Origin: an uncultured Actinomycetes bacterium
Lineage (GTDB): Bacteria; Actinomycetota; Thermoleophilia; Gaiellales; JAICJC01
Assembly (NCBI GenBank): GCA_963832955.1
Contig: CAWHWC010000002.1
Location: 71,308 to 135,307, forward strand
Direction of reading: 5' to 3'
DNA: 64,000 nucleotides
Of this stretch, positions 1-10,872 are shown piece after piece. A program made the translations under genes and the position numbers. Numbering within the stretch: the first letter of the stretch is position 1; the number at the start of each line of letters is the position of its first letter. The notes beneath the pieces are model-generated. The model had not been told where the DNA came from and did no database searches. It was given only the letters and a program-made list of their open reading frames with translations.

Positions 1-2
1 TC

Positions 3-161
3 TCGTTCGCGTCGCAGATGGGCCAACTCGTGATCGCCGAGGGGATCGAGCGCGCCGAGACGCTGACCGCGTTGCAGGCAATCGGTGTGCACTACGGCCA
101 GGGGTACCTCCTGGGCAGGCCGCAACCGCTCGCCCGCAAGCCGACCGCACGGGTGCGGTGA
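3..161 (+). CDS. C-terminal end of an EAL-domain (c-di-GMP phosphodiesterase type) protein; 5' part outside window
   Basis: Open frame from the window edge reads ...QLVIAEGIERAETLTALQAIGVHYGQGYLLGRPQP..., the conserved C-terminal EAL motif (AEG.E...QGY..GRP). TGA at 159-161. Confidence 0.7.
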   Translation, partial: SFASQMGQLVIAEGIERAETLTALQAIGVHYGQGYLLGRPQPLARKPTARVR

Positions 162-509
162 CATGGGCTTGCCAAGAGTCAGACTCGGTGCGTCTCGATT
201 GCACGCACCAACGATGCACCAACTCTCTCGCATGTGCTTCAGCGCCGGCCAGAAGCTGTCGCCGCTCTTCCCGCATACCGGCCGCCTCCGACCCCTTGTT
301 GAACCTGTCATACAACGCCGCGAATAGTCGTCGTCTCATCGCCGCCCCGGCTCCCGACGTCTGCAAGCGCCACCCGCAGGGCGTCCTGATTCCGACAACG
401 ACAGATCAACTTAGTGGCGACACACGAACGGGAAAAGAGCGGGGGTCGCCAGTTCGAATCTCGCTGTCCCGATATCGGTGGCACCGCGGTGCCGCGGATG
501 CGCTCGGCC

Positions 510-2112
510 CTACCGCCCGGCGCCGCGGAAGCTGGCGAGAAGGCTGGCCGCCCAGTGCCGGTAGTCCTCGCGCGGAAGCACCGCCAGATGCTCGACGTGA
601 TGCCGACGCCGACGAGGAGCCGGAGGCGGCGCCGATCGATGCACAGCCGGCGTGGGCGCGGTGGTCGGCTCCGCGTCGGGAGTGCGAACGGCCTTCGCCG
701 TCACGTGCGCTTCGGGACCAGGCCGCGAGACCGGACGGTGATCGCTCCCGCGAAGGACCCGGACGCTGACGATGCGGCCCCGCGGCGCCCGCAGGATGCG
801 GCCGAAGCCGTCCCATGGCACAGCGGCGAGCCGCTCGACCGAGACGAGGGCGCCTCGATGCGGTGCCGCGATCACCCAGCCGCCGCCCGCATACAGCCCG
901 ACGTGGTGGACGAGCCCCGAGCGCGCGCCGAGGAAGACCAGGTCGCCGGCCCGCAGGTCGGACGGGTCGACCGGCACGGACATCGCCCAGAGGACATCCG
1001 CCGTCGGGCGCCCGGGAAGCTGATAGCCGGCCGCCTCATAGGCATGGTCGACGAGGCCCGAGCAGTCGAACCCGCCCTCCATGCGGCTCTCGCCGCCCCA
1101 CACGTACGGCCATCCGACCTGGGCCAGGGCCGCGCGCACGATCGCGGCGCGCGCTCCGGCGCCGTGGACGGCGTGCAGCGGCGGCGTCACAGGATGAGTG
1201 ACGGGAGCGGGCGGTCGCGGCGCGTGCGGGTGGTGCCGGTTTCCGGGCTTCCCCTGGTGCCCGCCGTGGCGAGGGTCGGTCGGAGGCTGTCGCATTCCAC
1301 GGCGGTGCTTCCGCGGCGGGTTCGCCTGCCGGTCGGGCAGCGTGCCGGTCGTGTCGCTCCCGCCGGATCCGCCGGGGTCAGGAGCGGGCGCAGTCGCGAT
1401 GTGCTCGAGGTCGGCGTGAACCTGGCCGAGGAGGATGTCCGTCCCGGCGGGGAGTCCCGAGCGCGCCGAGGTCAGGTGCAGCCGCAGGCCGGCGAGCGTG
1501 TCGCCTGCGCCCGTCGAGTCCTCGCGTGCGACGGGGTCGTCCACAACCGCGTAGCCCCAACCTTTGACCCAGAGCTTCTTGCCCGGCACGAGCTCGACCG
1601 GGTCGCCGTCCAGGCGCGACGTTGACGACGTGGGAGACCGACGTGTCGGCAACAGCGCCGTCGCTCGCTCGGAGCGACGCACGGGCGCGAACGACGTCGA
1701 TCCGGAGCATGCCGCCGAAAAGCTCGACGGAGCGAAGGACGACCGAGCCGGTCGCGACCATCGCATCCCCCGGGCCGCGCTCCGCCGAGGCCGTGACACG
1801 GCCGATCCGAAGAAGTGAGCCGTCGTCGGGGAAGCGGTAGCCGCGCATCGCGACGGGCGTCTCCCAGGCGAACACCGTCGAGATGCCGCTCGCCGCGCTC
1901 CGCGCCGGAGTCAGAATCGCGACGGCCGTCGCCGAGGCACGCTCGACCGGCGCAGCCGTCGCAGCGGCAGCGGGAGCAGCGAGCGGGCCGGCTCCGGCGG
2001 CAAGGACCGCCGACGCGCCGAGCGCTGCCTTCCAAGCTCCTATGACCTCGCCCCTCCTCGCGGCCAACCCACCTCCCGTAGACACGGTACCGCAGCCCCC
2101 CGCCAGCCGCAT
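510..2112 (-). CDS. Secreted NlpC/P60 (C40) cell-wall peptidase, one apparent frameshift
   Basis: ORF 510..1799 carries GFDCSGLVDHAY...HHVGLYAGG (NlpC/P60 Cys/His). The N-terminal part with signal RRGEVIGAWKAALGASAVLAAGAG is in the frame of ORF 1378..2616, starting at ATG 2112. The frames join near 1612 (..SHVVNV / LDGDPVELVPGKK..). Confidence 0.7.
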
Positions 2113-2338
2113 GGATACCCGGCCACATCCGCGACCATGCCCCACCCGGCGCGGCCCGCACCAATCGGCACCGGACGTGGGCAAGGCGGACATCCCTCTT
2201 CTGGGGGATGACCGGCGCTGCGGCACTGGATAGCGTGCCGGTTTCAGACGGTGCGTCCGCCGCCCCGGCTCCAGGTTCGCGGCGGGAGGACGATGCGGTG
2301 GGTCCGCGTGGTGCTGTCCTTCGCGACGGCGCCTCGGC

Positions 2339-2902
2339 GTGGGCGTCTTCCATGACTGGGGGTGGTGGTCATGCTTTGCCCGTGCTTCCGAGAGTCGTAG
2401 TCGGCAGCTCGTGCTCGGCATCGTGCTGTGCGGGCTTGCACTCGCCACGGTGCTTGCGACGAGCGGCGTTGCGATCGCATCCACAACGCCGCCGCGGAAG
2501 GAGCTCCTGCGGGCGATCAACAGGGCCCGGGCCGCACACGGCGTCAAGAGGCTCATGGGCTCCTCGGCACTTCGAGCGGTGGCGCTCCGCCACTCCCAGG
2601 ACATGCTGGCGCGCAACTACTTCGCGCATACCAGCCCGAGCGGCTCGACCATCACCCACCGGATTGAACACTCCGGGTTCGTCTACGGCTACTCGTGGAC
2701 GGCAGGCGAGACGATCGCATGGGGAAGCGGATCGTATGCCGCCGCGAGCGCCACGATTGCGGCCTGGCTCAAGAGCCCGCCGCATCGCGCCATCCTGCTC
2801 TCCCGCGGCTTCCACTGGGTCGGGATCGGGCGGAACTGCGGCCGCTTCATCGGCCATCCGGATGCCTGCGTCTGGACTGCCGACTTCGTCATGCGCCGTT
2901 AG
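2339..2902 (+). CDS. CAP/SCP (YkwD-like) domain secreted protein
   Basis: N-terminal TM/signal segment followed by LLRAINRARAAHG...HSQDMLARNYFAHTSPSG...GETIAWG...WLKSPPHRAILL, typical CAP-domain motifs. Exact start uncertain. Confidence 0.8.
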   Translation: MGVFHDWGWWSCFARASESRSRQLVLGIVLCGLALATVLATSGVAIASTTPPRKELLRAINRARAAHGVKRLMGSSALRAVALRHSQDMLARNYFAHTSPSGSTITHRIEHSGFVYGYSWTAGETIAWGSGSYAAASATIAAWLKSPPHRAILLSRGFHWVGIGRNCGRFIGHPDACVWTADFVMRR

Positions 2903-2982
2903 CTTCGCGACGCTGGTCCGCCGCAGCTTGCAGGCGCAGAACCGCCTGGGAACGTCCCCAAACTGGCGGCGGAGCGAGAGGT

Positions 2983-4164
2983 ATGGCACAGTCTCGGTGC
3001 GCTTCAGAAAGGAGGCGCGCTGACGGGCGCCAAGGACATTGCGGTCTCGAGCCGCTTCAAGACGCGCGAAGAGGCAGCGTGGAATCAGGCGCTGCTCGAG
3101 CGCTTCCTGGACGGGGCGCGCTCGGCATCATCGTGCTCGACCCCGACCTCCGGTTTCTGCGCGTGAACTCGCGTGCGACGACGATGCTCGGGATCGCCGA
3201 GGACGCACTCCGCGGCGATCGCTTCAAGGACGCGCTGCCGGCGATGTTCAACGAGTTGGAGGCGATCTTGACCGACGTGGTCGTCGGCGGCACCTCGCGG
3301 CTGGGGGTGGAGACGTCCGCGCCGACGTTCCGCTCGCGAGACCAGCCGCGCCGCTACCTGGGGAGCTACTACCCGCTGAAGGAACCCGACGGCACGGTGA
3401 TCGGCGTCGGCTGCATGTTCACGGATATCACCGAGCAACGCGCAGCGGAGCACGCACTTGCCGACAGCGAGGCGCAGCGAGACGCGATCCTCGGCGAGAT
3501 GCTGCGCGCCGAGGAGGCGGAGCGCTCGCGGCTCGCGCTCGGCCTTCACGACGACACGATCCAGGTGTTGTGCGCGCTTCTCGTGCTCCTGGATCAGACG
3601 ATCCCGCTGGCGCTCCGACACAACGAGACCGAGATCGGGTCGCGGCTCAAGGCGGCTCGCGACGTGCTCGCCGGTGCCACCGACCGCGCCCGCCACCTGA
3701 TGTTCGAGTTACACCCGTCTGTGCTTCACCAGCGCGGCCTGAACGCTGCGGTGACCGCGCTCGCCGACGACATCGCCCGGCAGATCAACGCAACGTCGAC
3801 GATCGACATCCCCGACACACGTTATTCCTGGGAGCTCGAAGAGCTCACCTACCGCGTCGTGAGCGAAGCGCTCGCCAACGTTCGCAAGCACTCCCGGGCC
3901 GAACGCTTCAGCGTCCATCTCTCCGAACACCCGCGGGAGCTGGCAGGCGTCGTCCGAGACGACGGGCGCGGATTTCCCAGCGGACCCGCAAGGACTCCCC
4001 TGTCCCATCCGCTTCACCTCGGCCTGCACTCGATGACCGAACGGATCCGACTCGCCGGAGGCGACCTCGTCCTCACGTCCGACGTCGGATCCGGAACCAC
4101 GATCGAGTTTCGCATCCCGCTCGACGAGCGCGCCCAAGGCTGGCACACTCCCGCCCCGCGCTGA
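2983..4164 (+). CDS. PAS-domain sensor histidine kinase (HisKA_3 / NarL-partner type); N-terminus uncertain
   Basis: PAS-like LGIIVLDPDLRFLRVN...GVGCMFTDITEQ; H-box AEEAERSRLALGLHDDTIQ; N-box EALANVRKHS; G-boxes DDGRGF and GSGTTIEF. Upstream text ..EEAAWNQALLERFLDGA is in another frame, so a frameshift near 3110 is likely. Confidence 0.75.
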   Translation: MAQSRCASERRRADGRQGHCGLEPLQDARRGSVESGAARALPGRGALGIIVLDPDLRFLRVNSRATTMLGIAEDALRGDRFKDALPAMFNELEAILTDVVVGGTSRLGVETSAPTFRSRDQPRRYLGSYYPLKEPDGTVIGVGCMFTDITEQRAAEHALADSEAQRDAILGEMLRAEEAERSRLALGLHDDTIQVLCALLVLLDQTIPLALRHNETEIGSRLKAARDVLAGATDRARHLMFELHPSVLHQRGLNAAVTALADDIARQINATSTIDIPDTRYSWELEELTYRVVSEALANVRKHSRAERFSVHLSEHPRELAGVVRDDGRGFPSGPARTPLSHPLHLGLHSMTERIRLAGGDLVLTSDVGSGTTIEFRIPLDERAQGWHTPAPR

Positions 4165-4171
4165 GGTGGCG

Positions 4172-6415
4172 CTACGCGGCGTGTCGCCAGCGGTCGAGGG
4201 TGACCGGCGTCTCGGCGGCGAGGAGGACGAGGCGACCGTCGATGCTGATCGGCACAGGATCGCCGGCGGTGAGCGAGACGGTGGTGACGTCGTGGTCGAT
4301 CGTCACGCGAAGCGTCGATCCGCGGTAGCAGAGCGGGAAGCTGAGCCGATGCCAGCCGGCGGGAAGCCTCGGCGCGAGGTGAAGCGCGTCGCCGGCCGGG
4401 TAGACGCCGCCGCAGCCGATGACGACCGCCTGCCAGATGCCCCCGTGGGTTGCCAGGTGAAGGCCCTCGTCGGTGTTCTGGTGGGTGTCTCGGAGGTCGA
4501 TGCGGGTCGCCGCGTGCAGGTAGTGGTCGGCATCGCGATTGAGGCCGGCGCGGCGGGCGACGAGCGAGTGCATCGCCTCTGACAGCGACGACAGATGGCG
4601 CGTGAGCGGCTCGTAGAGGGCGTAGTGGACGCGAAGCGTGGCGGCGTCGTACGTCTCCGGGTGCATCGCGAACAGCATCAGGACGTCAGCCTGCTTGATC
4701 TGGCGAAGCGGCTCGTCGGGCTTCGGCTCGTGGTCGGCGTCGGGCAGAGGGAGCGCGGAGAAGCCGTCCGATTCGTCGATCAGCCCGTCGGGGGTGCGGG
4801 GCACGACGAGCCCATCCGCGACCGCCAGCAGGCGAGCGTGCTCGAGGTCGGACACGCTGACAAGGCCGCGGTCGGCGAGGCGCAGGGCGAGCCGGATCGT
4901 CTCTGCAGCCATCATGTTCTGGTACGCGCTGTTGGACACGTCCTCGTGCAGCTCGTCGGGGCTGATCACGTGGCGGATCTCCCAGCCGCGGTCGCTCTTG
5001 GTTGCGCGGCTCGTGTAGAAGCGCGCGATCGAGAGGATCATCGGCGCCGCTTCGGCGAGCAGTTGCTCGTCAGCCGCCGCCCGGTGATGGTACGCACAGG
5101 CCCAGGCGACATCCGCGCCGAGATGGATCTCGCGCGTGCCGCACCACACCGGCAACGGCGTGCCGTCCGGCCCGGGCAGGGTGCGCGGCGTGGTCTCGAT
5201 CCCGGTGTCGGCCGATTCCCACGGATACCACGCTCCGGCGTAGCCTTCCGCGGCGGCACGGTCCTCCGCGACGGCGAGGCGGCGAGTTCGGTAGTGCAGG
5301 AGGTGCCGCGCGGCGCGTGGCATGACGAGCGAGTAGAACGGAAGCAGGAAGACCTCGTTGTCCCAGAACACGTGCCCCTTGTAGCCGGGGCCGCTCAGGC
5401 CCTTGGCGGCGATCGACGCGTCGACTCCCGCGGGTGGGCAAACGGCGATCATCTGCATGGCGGCGTAGCGGACGCCAAGCTGTGCCTCCGGATCGCCGTC
5501 GATCTCGACGTCGGCGGTTTCCCACGCCTCGGCCCACGCGGCCCGATGCTCGGAGAGAACGCCCTCGAATCCCAGCCGCTGCGCCTCCGTCGCCAGTCGA
5601 ACGGCCGCGGACGCCGGATCGCGAGTCTCCTTGGACGAGAAGACCGCGGCGTGCATGGCCACGCCGAGACCGCGGCCGGGCGTCACCCTCGCTGCCACGT
5701 GGAAGCCGGCGCTCGAGGAGTCGCTGCACACGGACGGGGCGATGCGGGCCGCGCCGAGGTAGGCGGTGGCGCTGATCGCCGCCTCGATCCGCACCCCGTG
5801 GCTCGTGCGGGCGGTGAGAACGGCCGTTCCGGTGACCGTCGCCGAGCCAATCTCGTGACCGATCGGGAGAAGGGGATGCGGCCGGGCCGCAGTTGCGCCG
5901 ACCCACACAGAGACATCTGCGGCGGCACTCGTCTCGATGACGAGCGCCCGCGTCGCGAGATGCCGCCGGGCGAAGCTCGCCGCCCACGTCGAGCTGAGCG
6001 TGACCCGCACGCCGCGGGGAGACTCGAACACGGCCCGTCGCTCCAGCGTCTGGGCGCGCAGATCGAGGCGACGACACTGATCGACGAGCCGGAAGCCCGA
6101 GAGCTCCTCGCCGTCGATGAGGATTCGGGCTGTCGTGATGTCGGGGCCGAATACGAGATCCTCGCTGCCGGTTGGGCCCTCGTCGTACACGCCGGCCATG
6201 AACAGCGCAGGCGTCGAGTCGGCGGAGCCTTCGTCCCTGCTCGCGCGGATGCCGAGGAAGCCGTTGGTCAGCGAGAAGACGCTCTCCTCGCTTCGCTTAC
6301 GAGACGTGTCGTACCCGTGGTGCTCGAGCGACCACCCGTCGGCGCCCGCAATCGTGACGATCCCAGCTGGGGGTGGATCGGAGTGCGCGTGAGCGGCCAT
6401 CCTAGGCCCTGTCAT
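4172..6415 (-). CDS. Glycoside hydrolase family 65 protein (trehalose/maltose/kojibiose phosphorylase type)
   Basis: Intact 747-aa ORF with the GH65 signature GHVFWDNEVFLLPF and an (alpha/alpha)6-type central region. Confidence 0.88.
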   Translation of the reverse strand: MTGPRMAAHAHSDPPPAGIVTIAGADGWSLEHHGYDTSRKRSEESVFSLTNGFLGIRASRDEGSADSTPALFMAGVYDEGPTGSEDLVFGPDITTARILIDGEELSGFRLVDQCRRLDLRAQTLERRAVFESPRGVRVTLSSTWAASFARRHLATRALVIETSAAADVSVWVGATAARPHPLLPIGHEIGSATVTGTAVLTARTSHGVRIEAAISATAYLGAARIAPSVCSDSSSAGFHVAARVTPGRGLGVAMHAAVFSSKETRDPASAAVRLATEAQRLGFEGVLSEHRAAWAEAWETADVEIDGDPEAQLGVRYAAMQMIAVCPPAGVDASIAAKGLSGPGYKGHVFWDNEVFLLPFYSLVMPRAARHLLHYRTRRLAVAEDRAAAEGYAGAWYPWESADTGIETTPRTLPGPDGTPLPVWCGTREIHLGADVAWACAYHHRAAADEQLLAEAAPMILSIARFYTSRATKSDRGWEIRHVISPDELHEDVSNSAYQNMMAAETIRLALRLADRGLVSVSDLEHARLLAVADGLVVPRTPDGLIDESDGFSALPLPDADHEPKPDEPLRQIKQADVLMLFAMHPETYDAATLRVHYALYEPLTRHLSSLSEAMHSLVARRAGLNRDADHYLHAATRIDLRDTHQNTDEGLHLATHGGIWQAVVIGCGGVYPAGDALHLAPRLPAGWHRLSFPLCYRGSTLRVTIDHDVTTVSLTAGDPVPISIDGRLVLLAAETPVTLDRWRHAA

Positions 6416-6469
6416 CGGCCGGCCCCGACCAACCTTGCATCGCCCCTCGACCCCACCGCCCTTTGCGCC

Positions 6470-7750
6470 CTACGGCGTGTACGTGACGATCGTCGCGGCG
6501 GGGACGGGGAACTCGGGCCCCGTGGCGCGGTAACAGAACCTGGCAGGGATCGGGGCGCAGGTCGCCGACCGCAGCCGCGGCGAGTAGATCTCCGGCACCG
6601 GCCCGCCGTCAAGGCCGACAGCGTCGGTGACGCCGATCCGCGCCAGCAGGGCCGCGAAGCCGACCGCCGACGTCCCTCGCTGCTCGCGGTTTCGGGTGGT
6701 GACGACGGCGAGGATGCCCCGTCCGCTCGCCGTCTGGCCGACAGCCGCGCGGGCGGTCAGCGCCGTCCACTGGTAGTCGGTCATCGTCATGGGCTTCTCG
6801 GTGACGGGAGCGCCGCCTGACACCAGGAGGGGCTTCCCGCCCATTACCCAGCGTGCGGCGCGCCAGGCGGTGTCGGTCTCGGACACCCCGACCTGGCCGG
6901 CGTCTCCGGCCGCGGCGAACGCCTGGGCGGCCGTCCCGCCCGCGTTCATGAGGAGCACGGCGCCGCCGGCCGGCACGCCGACCTTCCGGGTGGCGACGCG
7001 ATGGAGGCCGACCTGGACCGTCGCGCGCGACGCGGTGGGCTCGTGCAGGGTGTAGACGGCCGGAGCAGACGGCGTCCGGATCGTCGGGTGCTGGATGACG
7101 GCTGCGGCCGCGGGATCGGCGTCGAGGGCCCAGGCATCGAACCCGGCCGGCACGGTCACGGTCTCCCCCGGGCGGTGGTAGAGCCCAACCATGCCGTCGT
7201 CGGCGCTCGTTGCCTCCACCGCTCCCACCGTCACCTCGGCTCCGGACAGCTCGAATCGAAGCGGCACCGCCCGCGGCGTTCCGAACACCATCCGATCGTC
7301 GGTCGTGTAGCCGACGCTGGGCGGTCGCACCACGCCGGCCGGCACATGCAGAAGCACGCCGTTTCGAACCAGCAGCCCGCTCGTGTGGGCGCGGCTCGGC
7401 TTGTAGGAGCCGTAGTCGGGCGAGATCGCGGCGACGAGCCCGGCCGGTGCGGATGCCTTCCCCCACCGGGCCACGCCGTTCCGCCTGAGCCATCCCCCGG
7501 CGAGCGGCGCGCCGCCGGGCAGGGCCGTGCGGATGTGGAAGCGGGGATCGCCCAGCGGCCACGTCACGGTGACGAGGTGATACGTCCGCGCCTGCCCCGG
7601 AATGGCCACGTCGCGATACCGGACGATCCGGCCGTCTCCTGAGAGCTTCGTCGTCGCCGTCGAGGTCCAGGACGGCTCGGTCGCCGCCGCCGCCGGGATC
7701 GAGGCCGCGAAGACAGCCGTCATCACCAGGCAGGAAAGGACGCGCCTCAT
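6470..7750 (-). CDS. Secreted phosphodiester glycosidase (DUF2233/NAGPA-like) family protein
   Basis: Signal peptide MRRVLSCLVMTAVFAASIPAAAA. C-terminal motifs LLVRNGVLL, RTAVGQTASG..ILAVVT and GVTDAVGLDGGPV are typical of this family. Confidence 0.72.
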   Translation of the reverse strand: MRRVLSCLVMTAVFAASIPAAAATEPSWTSTATTKLSGDGRIVRYRDVAIPGQARTYHLVTVTWPLGDPRFHIRTALPGGAPLAGGWLRRNGVARWGKASAPAGLVAAISPDYGSYKPSRAHTSGLLVRNGVLLHVPAGVVRPPSVGYTTDDRMVFGTPRAVPLRFELSGAEVTVGAVEATSADDGMVGLYHRPGETVTVPAGFDAWALDADPAAAAVIQHPTIRTPSAPAVYTLHEPTASRATVQVGLHRVATRKVGVPAGGAVLLMNAGGTAAQAFAAAGDAGQVGVSETDTAWRAARWVMGGKPLLVSGGAPVTEKPMTMTDYQWTALTARAAVGQTASGRGILAVVTTRNREQRGTSAVGFAALLARIGVTDAVGLDGGPVPEIYSPRLRSATCAPIPARFCYRATGPEFPVPAATIVTYTP

Positions 7751-7910
7751 CGCTCAACCGTACGGGCGCGCGTGCGCCGCCGGAACCCCGCGGTTTGCGG
7801 GTTCTCCGCAGCTCGGATGATGGAAATCCCTCACGACTTTGCCGCCCGGGCGGCGATCACAGGAGCGGCGGCTCCGACGCACGACCCCCAACCTCCGAAG
7901 GACCCACCCG

Positions 7911-8778
7911 ATGCATCCTGCCGCCTGCGACCGCCGGCCGACCGCACGTCGGATCTGGGCCGCGATCACGCTCACCGCCGCTGCCACGGCCTTCGTGCCC
8001 GGCGGCGCCGCCCAAGCGCATTCCGGCATGCCCGTGACGACGATGCTGCGCCGGACGAGCATCCAGATCCGCGTCCACCGCATCTATGGCCACCTCGTGA
8101 AGAGCATCACCTGGCAGCCCGGCGACCCCCACCTCAGCCTCACGGCCGGCTACACGCGTCGCGGTCTGCCGCCCGTCGTCTGGGGCGCTCGCGGCCGCTC
8201 AAACCTTGCCGTCCTGAACGGTGGAGCGTGGCACTGGCACTCGGGGACTCCGGTCGGCACCGTGCGTCAGCCGCGGCCGTGTCGTCCACATCGACAGGCG
8301 CAACCCCGCCGTCGGGTACACGGCGCGGGGCGACCTCGTCCTCGGGACGCGCGCCGCCCGCGCAGCACACGTCCGGAACATCATCAACGCCAAGGCCTAT
8401 CTGGTGGTGCACGGACACGCCCGGTCCAGGCGCCCGAGCTCGGTGACGCGCACCCAGTGGCTGTGCGATGCGCCGGGAACCGACGGCGCCGAGGGCTGCT
8501 ACCGGAGCGTCGTCGCCAAGTTCCGAAACGGCCGGGTCGGCATGCTCGAGATCGCCTACATCAGCATGCCCGCCGCGGCGCGGCTGCTCCAGAAGATGGG
8601 GGCCGAGACCGCCGTCGCATTCGACAGCGGCGGCTCGGCCACCGTGTGGTCAGCCGCCGGTCACGGCGGATGTCCACATCCCTGGCAGGGCGGCAGCTGC
8701 TTCGGCCTGACCCAGCGAGTCGGCCTCCACTGGCAGCGCCCCGTGGTCAGCGTGAGCGTGCTGAGCTACGTTCGCTAG
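7911..8778 (+). CDS. Second phosphodiester-glycosidase-like secreted protein, apparent frameshift
   Basis: The N-terminal part (MHPAACDRR..AAITLTAAATAFVPGGAAQA..LNGGAWHWHSGTPVGTV) is in the frame of ORF 7839..9050. The C-terminal part (..VVHIDRRNPAVGY..AVAFDSGGSATVW..) is ORF 8221..8778. The junction is near 8265. Confidence 0.6.
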
Positions 8779-8797
8779 CGCGCCGACGCGGCTCTGA

Positions 8798-9070
8798 CTA
8801 CGCGACCTGGGCTTCGTTCGCGACGGTCTGCTGCGCCATGGTCGCGGCGACCCGAGCGAGCGCCTCGATCGAGAACCGATCGCGCAGCGGCTCCAATGCA
8901 TCCCGGACGGCGTCGTCTTCCATCCGGCGGCACTCGGCCTCGACCCGCTCCTGGAGGTATGCCCAAAGCTCCTCGGTGTTCTGCGTGGTGCCCATCGCCT
9001 TGGCGAGCAACGGCACGACGTGCTCGACGAGCGGGTCGCGCCTGGCCTGAACCTGAGTGTCCTCTGTCAT
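8798..9070 (-). CDS. Small hypothetical protein (about 90 aa)
   Basis: Internal ATG at 9070 gives MTEDTQVQARRDPLVEHVVPLLAKAMG.., with protein-like composition. I recognise no family. Confidence 0.45.
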   Translation of the reverse strand: MTEDTQVQARRDPLVEHVVPLLAKAMGTTQNTEELWAYLQERVEAECRRMEDDAVRDALEPLRDRFSIEALARVAATMAQQTVANEAQVA

Positions 9071-9369
9071 CGTCCTTCTCCTTCTGCGGAAGCGTCCAAC
9101 CTTCTCCTGGGCTTCGTCTGCCACATCCCCTCCTTGCCGCGAACGCCGACCGTGCCCTCCTGCCATTGCACACGCGACACGCGGCCTCGTCAAGCGGTCG
9201 GCTCCCAGGAAGTGTCAAAAACGCCCACGCCGCCGCGCCCCGTCACCAGGTGGGAAGGACGACGGCTGCTGCGAGCCCAAGGTGCAGTTCCGACGGTCGA
9301 TCTGGCGGACGAGACGCGGCGCGCACGGCTCCGGTGTCGGCAGAATGGAGCCGTGCGAGCTTGACACGT

Positions 9370-9392
9370 TACAGGACGCTCGTCGTCCTGTA
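9370..9392 (-). terminator. Hairpin 22 nt downstream of the MFS gene stop
   Basis: Perfect 9-bp inverted repeat TACAGGACG-ctcgt-CGTCCTGTA. There is no U-tract, so it may be an operator instead. Confidence 0.4.
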
Positions 9393-9414
9393 CAGCCTCA
9401 CGCGGGCCGCCTGG

Positions 9415-10872
9415 CTACTCCGCTTCGGTGAGCGGCCGGCCGGCCGGAGCGCCTTCGTGCTCGCCCGAGAACTGCGGCCCCGGATTGAGCAGGAGCGCGC
9501 CGAGCGCTGCGGCCGCGAGGGCAAACAGGGAGCCGAGCACGAACGCCGCGTGGTAGCCGCCGGTGAGGGCGGTCAGCGCGCCGTCGCCCGACGCCCGCAG
9601 GCTGTCTGTCCGCGACTGGGCCAGGCTGGCCAGGAGCGCGAGCCCGACCGCGCCGCCCATCATGAACGAGGTGTTCACAACGCCCGAGGCGAGGCCCGCC
9701 TCGCTGGGGTCGACATCGCTCATCGCGGCGAGCAGCACGGGGTTGAACGCCGTGCCCGCCCCGAATCCGAGCAGGATCATGCTCGGCAGCACGTCGGAGA
9801 CGAAGTTGCCGTCAACAGGCGCGCGCACGAAGAGCGCCATCCCCACGGCCGCCACGAGGAGCCCCACCGAGAGCGGCAGCTTGATCCCGAACCGCATGAC
9901 GAGCTTCGCGGAGAGGCCGAGCGAGAACGCGCCCATGATCAGGTTGGCGGGCAGGAACGCCAGTCCCACCTCGAGCGGCGTGTAGCCCAGGACGAGCTGC
10001 ATGTAGAGGGCCGAGAGGAAGAACCAGGCGAACATCGACGCCGCCCACAGGATGCCGATCACGTTCGCGGTGGCCAGGTTCCGAAGCCGGAAGAGCCGAA
10101 GCGGCATGAGCGGCGAATCGACGCGCGACTCGATCACGAGGAACGTCCCGAGGAGCGCGGCTGACACGCCCAGCAGGCCGAGCGTCTGGACGGATGTCCA
10201 GCCCTCCTGGTTGCCGTTCACGATCGCGTAGACGGCGAGCATCAGCGAGCTGGTCACCGTGATGGCGCCGGCGACGTCGAGCTTGACGCCCGCGCTCTCG
10301 ATCCGGGCTGCGGGAAGCAGCCGGAGCGACAGTGCGACGACGGCGAGGCCGATCGGGAAGTTGACGAGGAAGATCCAGTGCCAGTCGAGGGAGTCGGTCA
10401 GGATTCCGCCCAGCGTCACGCCGATGCTGCCACCGCCGGCGGCGACAAACCCGAAGACGCCCATGGCCTTGGCCCGGTCGGCCGGCTCGGTGAAGAGCGT
10501 CATCATGAGGGAGAGCGACACGGCCGAGGCGATCGCGCCGCCGACACCCTGCACCGCGCGCGCTCCGAGCAGGAGCTCCTGGCTCGTCGAGAGCCCGCAG
10601 ACGAGCGACGCGAGGGTGAAGAGCGAGATCCCGATCAGGAACAACCGCCGGTGGCCGAACAGGTCGCCGAGGCGCCCGCCGAGGAGCAGACAGCCGCCAT
10701 ATGTGAGCAGGTAGGCGTTCACGACCCACGCGAGTGACGTCTGCGAGAAGCCGAGGTCCTTTCGGATGGACGGCAGCGCGACGTTCACGATGGTCGCGTC
10801 GAGCACGATCATGAGGCTCGCGAGACAGAGGACGTAGAGCGCGTACCAGCGGGTGCGGTTGTTCATCGTCAC
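9415..10872 (-). CDS. MFS transporter, DHA2 (EmrB/QacA-like, 14-TMS) family
   Basis: Intact 485-aa ORF with many TM segments. MFS motif A-like GGRLGDLFGHRR and the LDATIVNVALPSI motif typical of DHA2. Confidence 0.88.
   Translation of the reverse strand: MTMNNRTRWYALYVLCLASLMIVLDATIVNVALPSIRKDLGFSQTSLAWVVNAYLLTYGGCLLLGGRLGDLFGHRRLFLIGISLFTLASLVCGLSTSQELLLGARAVQGVGGAIASAVSLSLMMTLFTEPADRAKAMGVFGFVAAGGGSIGVTLGGILTDSLDWHWIFLVNFPIGLAVVALSLRLLPAARIESAGVKLDVAGAITVTSSLMLAVYAIVNGNQEGWTSVQTLGLLGVSAALLGTFLVIESRVDSPLMPLRLFRLRNLATANVIGILWAASMFAWFFLSALYMQLVLGYTPLEVGLAFLPANLIMGAFSLGLSAKLVMRFGIKLPLSVGLLVAAVGMALFVRAPVDGNFVSDVLPSMILLGFGAGTAFNPVLLAAMSDVDPSEAGLASGVVNTSFMMGGAVGLALLASLAQSRTDSLRASGDGALTALTGGYHAAFVLGSLFALAAAALGALLLNPGPQFSGEHEGAPAGRPLTEAE

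Noticed and set aside
441-472. tRNA-like T-arm (GCCAG-TTCGAAT-CTCGC followed by TGTCCCG-A)
   Set aside because: No complementary 5' acceptor strand (CGGGACA), D-arm or anticodon arm can be found upstream, and the T-stem has a C-C mismatch. At best it is a tRNA 3' remnant, not a gene.
2113-2338. c-di-AMP (ydaO-type) riboswitch upstream of the NlpC/P60 gene, a known association in Actinobacteria
   Set aside because: I read the minus-strand leader and did not find the conserved ydaO blocks I remember, such as the ACGGGG/GAAUC and CCGACAGCU-type segments. A covariance-model scan would settle it.
4595-6820. Long antisense or out-of-frame ORFs (for example 414..1625, 4595..6820, 13232..14758, 31790..33460, 34310..36352, 39583..41298, 43321..44487, 55007..57055, 58219..59637)
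   Set aside because: Their compositions are Arg/Pro/Gly/Ala-rich and unlike real proteins. They lie opposite or overlapping genes with clear family motifs. This is the usual stop-codon-poor artefact of high-GC DNA.
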